Under the pieces are notes generated by a model, which saw only the letters and a program-made list of their open reading frames with translations, was not told the origin of the DNA and made no database searches. Below, piece after piece: positions 19,209 to 29,202 of a stretch of DNA of 64,000 nucleotides; position 1 is the first letter of the stretch; every line of letters starts with the position of its first letter. Source of the DNA: an uncultured delta proteobacterium. Lineage in GTDB: Bacteria; Myxococcota_A; Polyangia; Polyangiales; Polyangiaceae. Both the position numbers and the translations under genes were made by a program. The DNA is taken from assembly GCA_963696385.1 (NCBI GenBank), contig CAVOKF010000007.1, forward strand, positions 1 to 64,000. Reading direction: 5' to 3'.

Positions 19209-22200
19209 TCACTTCTCGACGACGCGAACCTCACGAGTGAAAAACGAGCGGCTCACGCCCAAGGCTCGCAGGAGCGGTGTGACGTTGAATGCTTGGAAGG
19301 TGATGGTGGACGAGCTTTGGGGCATAACTTTAATGGGCGTGCTCACGCTCATCATGACTATTTCATCCGCTCCCCCCCCAATCACAAGCGTGAGCTCCTC
19401 GCATGAGATCACCTGGCTCACGAGCACCCAATCGGCCTCCCATTTCCTGGCTTCCGCCAGAGCTTTGAGCCGTGCGGCTGCCAGCGCAACGTCGAACGAA
19501 TGCGCGGAGGAGCCGCGCATGTTCAGGAATACAGAGCCGGCTCGAGGGAGCGTCAACTGATTCATTCCAAACGCGATCACGTTGGTACCCTGGCTCCGGA
19601 TGTCGATGTCCGCTGCGCGGGCCACGCTCGTGCCGAGATCGTCGGGCACGCCAAGCTCGGCGAGGCTCGTCAGCTTGAAGAAGATCCCGCCGTCGAGCCT
19701 GCCTACGTCTCCGAGCCGAATCGGAACATTGGGGGGCCACGTCAGCCGGAGCCTGAGCTTGTCATGAATCTCCCGGCCGGCGCGCTGCAGGGCGCGGCTC
19801 GCCGAGCCGGTCCGCCGAACCTGTGGCTTGTCGGCCGTTGCGCGGTTGGGCTTGGGCGCAGCGGAGGGGGAAGGTTTCGGGCTGCTCGGCTGAGGTGTGG
19901 CCCCGGTGCTCGCCGACGTCCTCGAACGGTCGGTGCTCGAGGGCGTGGCGAACGACAGCATGGCATCAGGGCGGGCGAAGGCCACGTAGGAGAGCAACGC
20001 GACTGCGCTCCCGGCTCCCAAATCGTCGCTTGTAGCCCGGCGACGCACCTCGACCACCGCCTCGCCCACGGTGCGGCCCGCCCCGATCGCGTCATAGAAT
20101 GCGCGTGCCGCTGCGACGGCCGCTCGGTCGGTTACGGGCATCGAAGGGGCCACGCCGCCCGGACACCCACGCCCTATCAGCGAGAGAAGCATGCGAGGTC
20201 CCCATATACCGCCCGCGTTGAGGAAGAAGAACGGTGGCTTCTGCGTCGACCCCCACAGGTCCTGCAGGTCCGTGGCGCTCATGACCCCGTCCGCAAAAAG
20301 CACGCCCTCATCATCCGAAGCGTGACCCGCAAAGTGGATGAGCCCCGGCACGTCCTCCCGCAAGAGAGCGCTCAGTTCTGCGCGCGTCGTTACTTGAACG
20401 AACGGCACGTTGGGAAAGCGAGCGCGCACTTCGTCCTCCTCGGTCGCGGCAAGCGGGACGCCGTGTTCACCTCTCGGGCGGACGAACGCTATGCGATCGA
20501 CCGTCAGTCGACTGGAAAAGGCAGCGAGCGCAGGTTCGGGGATCCAGCGCAGGACCGGACGAGCGACTCCCAAGAACTCGCGGTTTTTGTCTAGGTGCCG
20601 GATTCGGAGAAGCTCGAACGGGGCGACAATCTCACTGCCCATAACGGTCAGCGGCTTCCCGCCGGCCGACTCGTTCAACACCGAAATAATGCGCTCCGGC
20701 ATCAACGAAGCGAGGATGTCGCCCCGCCGTTCGACCTCGGAGACGCGCTCCAGATCCTTCTCCGCCGCGAGGAGCTCCTCCAGGAGTAGCCAGGACGCCT
20801 CGATGACGAGGTCCCCTCGCTGGAATCGGAGCCGGAACCCGTCCCTCTGTCGGACCACGACCAGCGCGTCCCCCAGGGCGGGAGCGGAAGGCACGGGACC
20901 CGGAAGAGGCGCGCTGCCCTCGTCCTGGGCGCGTGGCTCCACCGGCGCGGTCGCTACGGCGCTCGCCTCCAGAGGCTCGACGAGCCGACGGTAGTCCCCG
21001 CCGCTCCGCAAGAAGACCTGCGCGGCGACTCGCTCGAGCGGCGGCCCACTTCGTCGCACCGTCCCTGCCCCCCCCGGTATGTCGCCGAGCACAACGCGTA
21101 GCGTCTGGCCGCCCACCGCGTCGTGCGCCGCCATTTTCTTGATCACCTCAATGGCGTCGTAGGTCGACACGCCGTTCAGCAGAAGCGCGCGCAGGTCGTC
21201 GCGTTCCTGTTCGGTGTCGCCGGCGAGATCGAGCTCCGCGTCGCCGGAGTCGTCTTCGCATCGGACGACTTGCAGAAGTCCGCTCATCAGCACCTCAGCT
21301 TCGTGGACGACGCCTGCTTCGGGCAGCATCGCCTGGCGTATCATCCGAATCGCCCATAAGGTCAGCGGCGCCGCCGCCGCCAGCAACGCCCCGAGCTGCC
21401 GAGCGGTCGGCGATACAGTCTCGCGAAACTGCTGGAGACGCTCCGCCGCGCCATGTGGCGGCGCCGATTCATCGACGTCAGCGCTCCGGAACGACTCACT
21501 CGTCCACATAACCCCGGGCACCGATTCGCGGCCGATACCGCCGAGCAGGTGCGCGAACCGAGCCATCGCGCGCGCGTCGAGGGCAAGTACTGGGAAGCGC
21601 ACCCCGACGGGGGCGGTCGAGCCGCGATGCATGGCCGGAAGCGGAGGCTCGTGCGACCACGCGAACCCCGAATTTCCGGTGAATAGCGGCCCCGCCCTCA
21701 GCCTCACGTCTTCCGCACGGCCTAGCGCCGTTCTCCACCACATCGTCCTCGGCAGGGCCTGCACGAGCGCCACCGGGGTCCAGCGGGCCCAGTCGGTGAG
21801 CGTCCTGACGAAGTGGCCCTCGCGCCACCCACGCGCCGTGCAGTCGCTCAGAACGAGCACTAAGCGCCGGCCCGTCGGATTGGAGACGGCCCGGTGCGGC
21901 GCGCGGATCGCGGCACGGTTGCGGGGAGCGAGGCCGGGGCGGAGCGTCGTCTCGCGCTCGGCGCGGAACGACCATGTGCGTACGTCGCGGAACGCCCCGG
22001 ACTGGCGCAGCACCCGCTCCACATCCGCGACCAGACCGCGCCACGGGAGCATCGAAACCCCATCGTCCACGAGCAGCGCGACATCGAGCTGCCGGCGCCA
22101 CGCGCGCAGGGGCACCGGCTCCACGACGTTCTCGCAGGCAATCCGCTCGGCGGTGGCCTCCTCGTCGATCTGCTCCGGGTCCTCGACGGCCACGCGGGGC

Positions 22201-22553
22201 AGCGACCTCTTAAGGGCCGATGTGAGGGCCGCTCGCGCCGGCAGCGGCCGCTCCGCAACGACCGGCACGTCGACCCGGGCCGCGTCCTGGCGGGGACGCC
22301 ACTTCGGCGGCGCTGGCGAGCCGGCAGGCGGAGCTTGGACATCCGCCTCGGGCGGCCGGCTCGAAGGTGGCATCTCCTCGCTCGGCTCGGGCACCGGCTC
22401 GGGGGCCGGAGGAGGAGCTGCATCACTGGACCGCGCGACGCCGGAGATGCGGCTCGCCAGCCAGAGAGCATCGGCGATCTCCTCGGGCGACAGATCGCGC
22501 GTGACCCGGACACGCTCGAGCGCCGAGAGCAGCCGCTCGACCGGTCGGCTCAT
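19209..22553 (-). CDS. SAV_2336-type vWA protein fused to an inactive CHAT domain and a C-terminal gasdermin-like domain
   Basis: EEIADALWLA, IDEEATAERIA, LLVDDGVSMLPW, LVLVLSDC (vWA); IHFAGH...FLNAG (CHAT lacking Cys); C-terminal TWPPNVPIRLGDVG...WVLVSQV...TPLL. The vWA and CHAT calls are firm; the gasdermin call is inference. Confidence 0.8.
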   Translation of the reverse strand: MSRPVERLLSALERVRVTRDLSPEEIADALWLASRISGVARSSDAAPPPAPEPVPEPSEEMPPSSRPPEADVQAPPAGSPAPPKWRPRQDAARVDVPVVAERPLPARAALTSALKRSLPRVAVEDPEQIDEEATAERIACENVVEPVPLRAWRRQLDVALLVDDGVSMLPWRGLVADVERVLRQSGAFRDVRTWSFRAERETTLRPGLAPRNRAAIRAPHRAVSNPTGRRLVLVLSDCTARGWREGHFVRTLTDWARWTPVALVQALPRTMWWRTALGRAEDVRLRAGPLFTGNSGFAWSHEPPLPAMHRGSTAPVGVRFPVLALDARAMARFAHLLGGIGRESVPGVMWTSESFRSADVDESAPPHGAAERLQQFRETVSPTARQLGALLAAAAPLTLWAIRMIRQAMLPEAGVVHEAEVLMSGLLQVVRCEDDSGDAELDLAGDTEQERDDLRALLLNGVSTYDAIEVIKKMAAHDAVGGQTLRVVLGDIPGGAGTVRRSGPPLERVAAQVFLRSGGDYRRLVEPLEASAVATAPVEPRAQDEGSAPLPGPVPSAPALGDALVVVRQRDGFRLRFQRGDLVIEASWLLLEELLAAEKDLERVSEVERRGDILASLMPERIISVLNESAGGKPLTVMGSEIVAPFELLRIRHLDKNREFLGVARPVLRWIPEPALAAFSSRLTVDRIAFVRPRGEHGVPLAATEEDEVRARFPNVPFVQVTTRAELSALLREDVPGLIHFAGHASDDEGVLFADGVMSATDLQDLWGSTQKPPFFFLNAGGIWGPRMLLSLIGRGCPGGVAPSMPVTDRAAVAAARAFYDAIGAGRTVGEAVVEVRRRATSDDLGAGSAVALLSYVAFARPDAMLSFATPSSTDRSRTSASTGATPQPSSPKPSPSAAPKPNRATADKPQVRRTGSASRALQRAGREIHDKLRLRLTWPPNVPIRLGDVGRLDGGIFFKLTSLAELGVPDDLGTSVARAADIDIRSQGTNVIAFGMNQLTLPRAGSVFLNMRGSSAHSFDVALAAARLKALAEARKWEADWVLVSQVISCEELTLVIGGGADEIVMMSVSTPIKVMPQSSSTITFQAFNVTPLLRALGVSRSFFTREVRVVEK

Positions 22554-23569
22554 TGTCCCTTGCCAATCTCCCGGAGCAACTCTCGGACGATGCTCTTCCG
22601 TTCCTCCCCGACGGGTGCACGCTCGCCGCGGATGATGTGGATGGCGCTCAGTAGCTGGTCGGTCGCGACGACCCTCTCGGGGTCCTTGTTGAGGTCTGCG
22701 ATCTGCGCGACGAGCGCGTCGATCTCGTCGGCGAGAGGCTGGCTGACGACCTCGGGAAAGTGGGCTTTGATGATGTCGCGCAGTTGAGTCTCGTCCGGCG
22801 GGTCGATACGGAGTCGCAGGCAGCGGCGCAGGAACGCCGCCGGCAGGTCACGCTCACCGTTGCTTGTGAGCACGACGAACGGGAACACGGTGCACTGGAC
22901 CTGCCCGTTCTTGATCGGCTCGAGATCGTCGCTCCCGCCCTCGACGCCGCTCCTGCGCACGCGCACGGTCTCGTACCGGGCTCGGATCCGGCGCGCTTCG
23001 GAGATCTCGAAGGAACCTTCCTCGAACACGTGGAGCAAATCGTTCGGGAAGTCCACGTCCGCCTTATCAATTTCATCGATGAGGAGCGCCCGCGGTTTGT
23101 CGCTCGGGAGCAGCGCGGTACCGAGCGGGCCCAGGCTCAGGTACTGGGAGAGGATCGTGTCCTCAGGCTCGCTGTGGGCTCCCGCTTCCGCGCCCGCTTC
23201 GTTCGCGGCGTCGGCCTCGCGTCCGGCGCTGGGTGCACGCAGCCGGCCAATCGCGTCGTACTCGTAGAGGCCGGCCCGCACGGTGGAGCGCGACGTGATT
23301 GGCCAGACCAAGACCGGGCCGAGACCGAGCTGCTTGGCGACGGCGTAGATCAGCGACGACTTGCCCGTCCCCGGCTTCCCGGTGACGAGCAGCGGGCGAC
23401 GCAAGTAGAGCGCCGCGTTGACCATCTCGATCTCGTGCGTCGTCGGTCGGAACGTGTCGGCCCGGTGGTCGCGCTGGGCGAAGTTCCGCCAGGGCGGCGG
23501 CGCGGGGAACGGCGGCGGCGTGGCGCTTTCTTCGCCAGGTGCACGGAACAGCTTCCACTCGGTGCTCAT
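22550..23569 (-). CDS. MoxR-family AAA+ ATPase
   Basis: VNAALYLRRPLLVTGKPGTGKSS (Walker A), LLIDEIDKAD (Walker B), TSNGERDLPAAFLRRC. ATGA overlaps on both sides. Confidence 0.95.
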   Translation of the reverse strand: MSTEWKLFRAPGEESATPPPFPAPPPWRNFAQRDHRADTFRPTTHEIEMVNAALYLRRPLLVTGKPGTGKSSLIYAVAKQLGLGPVLVWPITSRSTVRAGLYEYDAIGRLRAPSAGREADAANEAGAEAGAHSEPEDTILSQYLSLGPLGTALLPSDKPRALLIDEIDKADVDFPNDLLHVFEEGSFEISEARRIRARYETVRVRRSGVEGGSDDLEPIKNGQVQCTVFPFVVLTSNGERDLPAAFLRRCLRLRIDPPDETQLRDIIKAHFPEVVSQPLADEIDALVAQIADLNKDPERVVATDQLLSAIHIIRGERAPVGEERKSIVRELLREIGKGQ

Positions 23570-25440
23570 CTTCCTCCTCCGGTGCCCGCGCCCGCGTAGG
23601 GTCCTCCGCTCAGCGCATCGAGCGGATTGTCCCAGAGCAGGGTCAGATGTTTTCCGAGCTCTTCCGGCTTTCTTCGGATCAGGCGGACCCGTTCCGGCAG
23701 GTCTTTGAGGGGACCCTCATTCACCAACTCGCGGACCCGCGCCAGGTCGGTCGGAGGGCACGTCGAACGCACCCAAAGGACGACCGAGACGGTCGCGTCG
23801 AGCAGCGGCCTCAGGATGTCCTCGACCGCGTCCGGGCGCCCGAGCACCGCACACGCGAGGCGCGATTGATCGAGTTCTTCTTCGAACGCCTCTGGGTCGC
23901 CGTTTCTTGCAGAGAACCAGCTTACCTCGCCGGCCGGTAGAGCTCCCTCCCGGTACTCGGAAATGGGGACAGGGTGCAGCTTGCTCACACGGCAGAATTC
24001 GTTCCAGCGCTCCCTCCATTGCTTGTCGAAACGCTTCCTCGTTCGTGAGCGTACGGCGTCGCGCACGAGGACCCGGCCCGCCTTGCCCAGGGGCATGTCG
24101 GTTCTCTTGGTTGGGTGGCGGTACGGCCAGCGATCCACGTCCCAGTCGAGCAGCTCTCGATCGAGGAAGATTTCGATGTGGAGATACGCCTCCTCAGTAT
24201 CCGCCGCCGCCTTCGTGATCTGCTCTCCCACGAGCCGCTCTACGGTTGTTCGGTCGACGTTCTGCCGCACCACCTGCTCCACTCGATCGCGGTAGGCCGC
24301 GAGCCGGAAAGCATCCCCGTCGTCCTCCCTCTCGATGCAGATGTGAACGTGGACGTCCGGGTATCGCCAGATCACGTCATCGAGCTGGCGAACAAGGGCC
24401 GGCTCGTCGCCGAGCTCGGCCCTGACCAACGTGAGGATACCTGTCTCGAGCACCCACCTCTTGAGCCGGTCGCGAGTGGCGTCAGGGACGGAGGGCTGGG
24501 GCTGGTCGTCGATGAGCGAAAGCAGCCAGACGAACTTGACGAGCGGCGGCAACCCGAGCTCGCCCGGATTGGCGGCTTGCGCAGGCACCGGCGCGCGCTC
24601 CAGCGCGCGTGCGACCGAGACGGCCTCGCTCTCAAGCGAGGACAGCGCGGGGTACGTCCAGTCGTCCGGTGCCGATCGGCTGAAGGCGGCGGTGAGGACG
24701 GGCCCACACCCGGGAGGAACCTCCTTGAGGCACTCGACAAGCAGACCGTCGACCGGAAGCGGCAAGGGGGCGGCCGGACGAACGACGGGGTCGACAATCC
24801 GTAGCTTCGTCCCATCGACATCCGCCTTGTACCTGGGCGCTACCACGTCACCGGCGCCGGCGCCCATCGCGCTTATCTGGGCGCGCCCCGCTCCGACTGC
24901 ATCGGCAATGTTCTCTCCGGACGCGACGGCAACGTAGAAGCCTCGGGCAAACGCGATCGCGGCCGCGTCGGTGATGGCTCGGGTCGTTCCGACCGCGGTC
25001 TCGATCGTGTCGACGATCTTGTCTGCGATCTGGTCGGAGTAACACGCGCTCAGCACGACGCAGCGAAGGCTTCCTTTGTTGTGGTCGAGGATGTCATGGA
25101 GCAGCCAATCCGGTAGGTCGAACGCGCTGCCCCTGTCGTCGAGGAGTCGGATGGCCGCGCCTGCCGGTTGCCACACTCCCACCGCCGCGGCCCCCTGATG
25201 TGCGGCCCGCCTCCCGCCGCGCGAGCCATGCGCGGCCAGGTGCAGGATCACGGGCTCATGCTCGCGGAGCAGCTCCTGTATCCTTCCCGCCTGGACCTGA
25301 AAGACGGGCACCAGATCCAAGTCTCGGCGATGCCCCTGCGTGATTGCCTCGCGAATGCCCAGTGCTTCGTTCGTGAAGTCGAGCTCCGGTGAGCCGGACG
25401 GACACGCGGCCAGATAAAGGATGTTAATCGGCTTACCCAC
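23566..25440 (-). CDS. CHAT protease fused to a vWA-MoxR-associated protein (VMAP-C)
   Basis: ILHLAAHG and VVLSACYS dyad; C-terminal IEIFLDRELLDWDVDRW, VLVRD, WRERW, VVLWVR, LPERVRLIR, HLTLLWDNP. Confidence 0.88.
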   Translation of the reverse strand: MGKPINILYLAACPSGSPELDFTNEALGIREAITQGHRRDLDLVPVFQVQAGRIQELLREHEPVILHLAAHGSRGGRRAAHQGAAAVGVWQPAGAAIRLLDDRGSAFDLPDWLLHDILDHNKGSLRCVVLSACYSDQIADKIVDTIETAVGTTRAITDAAAIAFARGFYVAVASGENIADAVGAGRAQISAMGAGAGDVVAPRYKADVDGTKLRIVDPVVRPAAPLPLPVDGLLVECLKEVPPGCGPVLTAAFSRSAPDDWTYPALSSLESEAVSVARALERAPVPAQAANPGELGLPPLVKFVWLLSLIDDQPQPSVPDATRDRLKRWVLETGILTLVRAELGDEPALVRQLDDVIWRYPDVHVHICIEREDDGDAFRLAAYRDRVEQVVRQNVDRTTVERLVGEQITKAAADTEEAYLHIEIFLDRELLDWDVDRWPYRHPTKRTDMPLGKAGRVLVRDAVRSRTRKRFDKQWRERWNEFCRVSKLHPVPISEYREGALPAGEVSWFSARNGDPEAFEEELDQSRLACAVLGRPDAVEDILRPLLDATVSVVLWVRSTCPPTDLARVRELVNEGPLKDLPERVRLIRRKPEELGKHLTLLWDNPLDALSGGPYAGAGTGGGR

Positions 25441-25450
25441 GGCGCTCCCT

Positions 25451-26863
25451 TCAGAGACGTATCGGCCCGTCCTCGATGAACATGTCCTTCAGCGCGGCGC
25501 CCGGCTTGAAACGGTGCACGTCGGCCTGCACCACCGTCCCGTCGTCGGCGAGCACGGCGCGCGCGAACGTCGGCATCTGGCGCCGCCAGTGTGCGGCCTT
25601 CGCTGGGTCAGTAAGATCGGACGCGAACGCGTCCAGCTCAGCGATCGCCTGGTCGTCTTGCGTCTCCGGGCTCAGGATGCGGGTGGGGACGCGCATGATG
25701 TCGGCCCAGGTTCCGGTGTTGAGGTATCTGGCGCCTCCGCCGAGGTCGACGCGCTTGACGAGGTGCGTGTGCCCGTACACCACCGTCGTGCACCCGCGCT
25801 GCGCGCTCTCGCGGGCGGCATCGCAGTACTGCGGAAGCTCCAGATTGAGGTCGAACGCTTCGGCGGCTTCGCCCCAGCGGGCGCGTAGCACCGTGAGCAG
25901 CTTGTCCAGATACACCGCGCGTTGCTCGGGCACGCGCTTGGAACGCAACAGCATGGAGAGCAGATCCAAGCTCGGACCTCGTGAGGCTTCGCGCGCCCGC
26001 CAGGCGCTCGCGTCGCGGACGACCGATTCCGCCAACGCGAGCTGATCGGCGAGCTCCACCTCCGACGGCGACGACTCAATCTCGGCCGCCAGGTCGCGCG
26101 CCGGGACGTTCCATGGAGCCCACGCGCGGAGCCGAGCGGTCACGGCGTCCTTCAGGACCTGAACCATGTCGCGGGAGTTCGGGATCACGCCGGGCCGCAA
26201 CAGAGCCAGGAAAGGCACCACGGTGGCGTCCTCCGGCTTGAGCAGATCCACGAAAGAGAAGTCTCTCTTGAGCGGGTTCATCACATCGATCACCAAACGG
26301 CTCCCCGGCATCGGCGTGAACGCGCCCGCCGGCAAATCCTTGCCACGTGACAGATCGCGCCGCGCGCGCCGGAGTTCCTCGTGGTTGACCCAGTTCCAGT
26401 CGTCGTACCGGTTGCCATGCTCGACGAGGAGCCCGCCGATGCGCAGTGCCTCGTCGTCATAGAGCATCTCGACGCGGCCTGCGCCGAGGCGGTCCAAGAG
26501 AGCATGACGAGGGGCGGGCAGCGACATTTCGACGTCGTGGTTGCCGAGCAGCACCGTCAGCCGAGCTCCGGCGCGAACGTGGGCGGCGAGCGCCGACCAG
26601 ATCGGAGCGGTGCGTGCGAAGATCTGCTCGAGCTTGCGGGCTGCTTCGCGCTCGTCTCGCGTGAAGGCGGTCGCCGGCGTCTCGGCCAGGAAGTCGACCA
26701 CGTCGCCCGCGAGCACGAGGTGCGCGCCGAGAGCGGACCGATGCTGCGCCGTGACCCACGCGATGAACTCGGCGAGGAGCGCCTGCCCCTGGGGGCCGCA
26801 CATCTGGAAGCCGTCGGCGCCGCCAAGGTGGAGGTCGGAGATGACGAAGACCTGCTGCACCAT
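25451..26863 (-). CDS. Calcineurin-like metallophosphoesterase
   Basis: SDLH, GDVVDF, GNHD, EHG, GHTH and YLNTGTW motifs. Confidence 0.92.
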   Translation of the reverse strand: MVQQVFVISDLHLGGADGFQMCGPQGQALLAEFIAWVTAQHRSALGAHLVLAGDVVDFLAETPATAFTRDEREAARKLEQIFARTAPIWSALAAHVRAGARLTVLLGNHDVEMSLPAPRHALLDRLGAGRVEMLYDDEALRIGGLLVEHGNRYDDWNWVNHEELRRARRDLSRGKDLPAGAFTPMPGSRLVIDVMNPLKRDFSFVDLLKPEDATVVPFLALLRPGVIPNSRDMVQVLKDAVTARLRAWAPWNVPARDLAAEIESSPSEVELADQLALAESVVRDASAWRAREASRGPSLDLLSMLLRSKRVPEQRAVYLDKLLTVLRARWGEAAEAFDLNLELPQYCDAARESAQRGCTTVVYGHTHLVKRVDLGGGARYLNTGTWADIMRVPTRILSPETQDDQAIAELDAFASDLTDPAKAAHWRRQMPTFARAVLADDGTVVQADVHRFKPGAALKDMFIEDGPIRL

Positions 26864-26884
26864 GGGACCCCCTCGGTCTGCCCT

Positions 26885-29125
26885 TCACTGGTCGTTGCAT
26901 CGTACATCGATGCGCAGGGTCCACGCATACCACGCCGCCTTCTCGGCAGGGTTGATCCATCGCCGAATGCCACCCCCGCGCCTCTTCGGCGGTGCGATGC
27001 TCGCCGAGATCACGTCCTGTACGGCCGGCTGCTCGAGGCTCCGGAAGTTGATGGGATCCGCGCCCGGCGGCGTGGTGCACGCCACGAGTTTGAGCAGCCA
27101 CCGGCTCACGTCCTGATCGCTGCGCGGAGAGAACTGCAGCGGCGTGAAGCGGTCTAGACCGAGCTGGAGTACATCGCCGGGAGCCAACGTCGGCTCCATG
27201 CCCTCCGGCGGCCACAGGGACACGATGCTGCCCCCGTCCGAGAAGGCGACGAGCCCGATGTGAAGCGGGAGCGAGGTCCACATGAGCACCTTCACCTCCA
27301 CGAGGACCCACTGGCTCGGCGTGACGGTGTAGACGCCGTCGACCGGCGCGAGGGCGGTGATCCCATCGGCTTCGCCCTGGCTCCGGGGTGCCTCACCGTC
27401 GCCGGCGCGAAGCTTCACGGCCAGCGTCGTGCTCAGGGTGTCGTCCTGGCTGCGGCGGTCGCGCGCGCTCAGGTAACGGGACCAGGTCGCGAGCCCGCGG
27501 CCTAGCGCTTGCCCGAGGGTGTGCTCCCTTTCCTCGAGGCCCTCGATGAGCGGCCCGGCGCCTGGCAGGTACGCGATGATTTCGCGGGCGCTGTCGGGGG
27601 AGCGCACCGAGGGCGCGCCGAACAGGTCCATGGCGAGAAGTACCCAGCCATCACGCGCTTCTTTCCAGGATTCCGCGACCTCGCCCGGCCAGACGACGGG
27701 TGGGACCTCCCCCTTCCACGAGCGCACCTCGACGTGGGCGGGCTCTGCCTTCGCGGCCTCACGCACGTTCGTCAGCGTGAAGAACCGGCTCTCGTCGGGT
27801 ACCGCGGCCGCGGCCGCCGACACTCCGTCCGGTACGTCCACGAGGCGGACCGAAATGGGCCTCTCAGAGGTGCTCGGACGCAGGAGGCGCGCGCGAGAAC
27901 GGTCGGCCACAGGCTGCGTCGAGTCCGTGCGACGAGCCGTGCTGGACGTAGCCGTTGCCGAGTCGACCATCGCCTCAACCCAAGGCGCGTCGGCCGTATG
28001 AAAGTCGACCGTCTCCGGCGCGTGCACCGCGATGACGGCTCCCGGTTCGAGGCCGTTGAGCGTCCCCCCATCCACAATCAGCACGCCTGCCGCGCCGACC
28101 CGCACCGAGAACCCAGGTGCGAACGGCCGCCAACCGCCGCCGAAGACCGTCTGCTCCCCTCGGCCTTCGAGCACCGGAAGCTGGGGGGAAAGCCTAAGCT
28201 CCGCGATGCGGGCGACGACGGCGTCGCGAAGTCGCTCGAAGAAGTCCATCCACCGGAGCGTCGCAATTCGCTCGGCCGGGACGCGCTCCAGCTCCTTGAG
28301 CAGGTGAAGAGTCAGCACGCCGTGCGGGACGGTGCGCTGCGAACCGTCCGTGGCCAGGATCACCTGATCGTCTTCCTTCGCCGTCTCGGAGTCCCGACAG
28401 GCAGCCAGCAGCACGAAGTCCCCGCCCGGGTACTGACCCAGGCGGCCGATTCCGGCTCCAACGTGCCGCGTACCGGCGGTCGCCTGCGCGAACGCAGGAT
28501 GGCTCCCCGCGAACGCGTTCCACGTCGACGCCTCGAGCGGTGGCATGGCGACGAATCGCTCCCGAGGCGACCGGTCGGCGTCGCGCGTAACTCCGCCGGA
28601 GTGACAGGTATCGGCGATCACGGTGACCTTGGCCCCCTTGCTCTCCAGCGCACGCAGCAGATCGTGGATCTCCCGATCGAGGATCAGGTTGGCGAGCTCA
28701 CCCGCCATCCGGCCGACGTCCTCCGGCGCGAGCCCGTAGTAACGCTCGGCCCCGCCCGGACCGGTCCGCGTGAGTCGAACGCCGTGGCCGGCGTAAAAGA
28801 TGACGACGTTGTCGCCGGCGAGGACGCGGCCGTCCTTCGCGAGATCGGCGAATGCCGAGCGGACGCTGGCCGCCCTGGCCGGAGCGTAGGCCCCATCCTC
28901 CTTGCGCGAGATCAGGCACGCGACCTGGCCTTCCGGCACCCCGACGCGCTCGACGAGGAATCGGCGGAAAGCTTCCGCGTCGTTCCCACATCCCGCAAGC
29001 TGCTCATCGGGTCTCAACAGCGGGTAGCAGTCGACTCCGATGACGAGCGCATGCCACCGGGCGTTGCGAATCGGGCTTTCGGTCTCGGTGCCGGGCACGA
29101 GCACAACGTATCGGCATCGGACCAC
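26885..29125 (-). CDS. Caspase-family (peptidase C14, meta/orthocaspase-like) protease with a DUF4384-like C-terminus
   Basis: HALVIGVDCYP, LAGCGNDA, FYAGHG, ADTCHSGG, LLAACRDSETAKE, HGVLT; C-terminal GGSIVSLWP...LKLVA. Confidence 0.92.
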   Translation of the reverse strand: MVRCRYVVLVPGTETESPIRNARWHALVIGVDCYPLLRPDEQLAGCGNDAEAFRRFLVERVGVPEGQVACLISRKEDGAYAPARAASVRSAFADLAKDGRVLAGDNVVIFYAGHGVRLTRTGPGGAERYYGLAPEDVGRMAGELANLILDREIHDLLRALESKGAKVTVIADTCHSGGVTRDADRSPRERFVAMPPLEASTWNAFAGSHPAFAQATAGTRHVGAGIGRLGQYPGGDFVLLAACRDSETAKEDDQVILATDGSQRTVPHGVLTLHLLKELERVPAERIATLRWMDFFERLRDAVVARIAELRLSPQLPVLEGRGEQTVFGGGWRPFAPGFSVRVGAAGVLIVDGGTLNGLEPGAVIAVHAPETVDFHTADAPWVEAMVDSATATSSTARRTDSTQPVADRSRARLLRPSTSERPISVRLVDVPDGVSAAAAAVPDESRFFTLTNVREAAKAEPAHVEVRSWKGEVPPVVWPGEVAESWKEARDGWVLLAMDLFGAPSVRSPDSAREIIAYLPGAGPLIEGLEEREHTLGQALGRGLATWSRYLSARDRRSQDDTLSTTLAVKLRAGDGEAPRSQGEADGITALAPVDGVYTVTPSQWVLVEVKVLMWTSLPLHIGLVAFSDGGSIVSLWPPEGMEPTLAPGDVLQLGLDRFTPLQFSPRSDQDVSRWLLKLVACTTPPGADPINFRSLEQPAVQDVISASIAPPKRRGGGIRRWINPAEKAAWYAWTLRIDVRCNDQ

Positions 29126-29202
29126 GACGAATAGTCCCTGTGCCGCACCACGTTGACCGTTTCAACGCCCGCGCGACAGTCGTAAACTGCGGGGGCTCAG
29201 AA

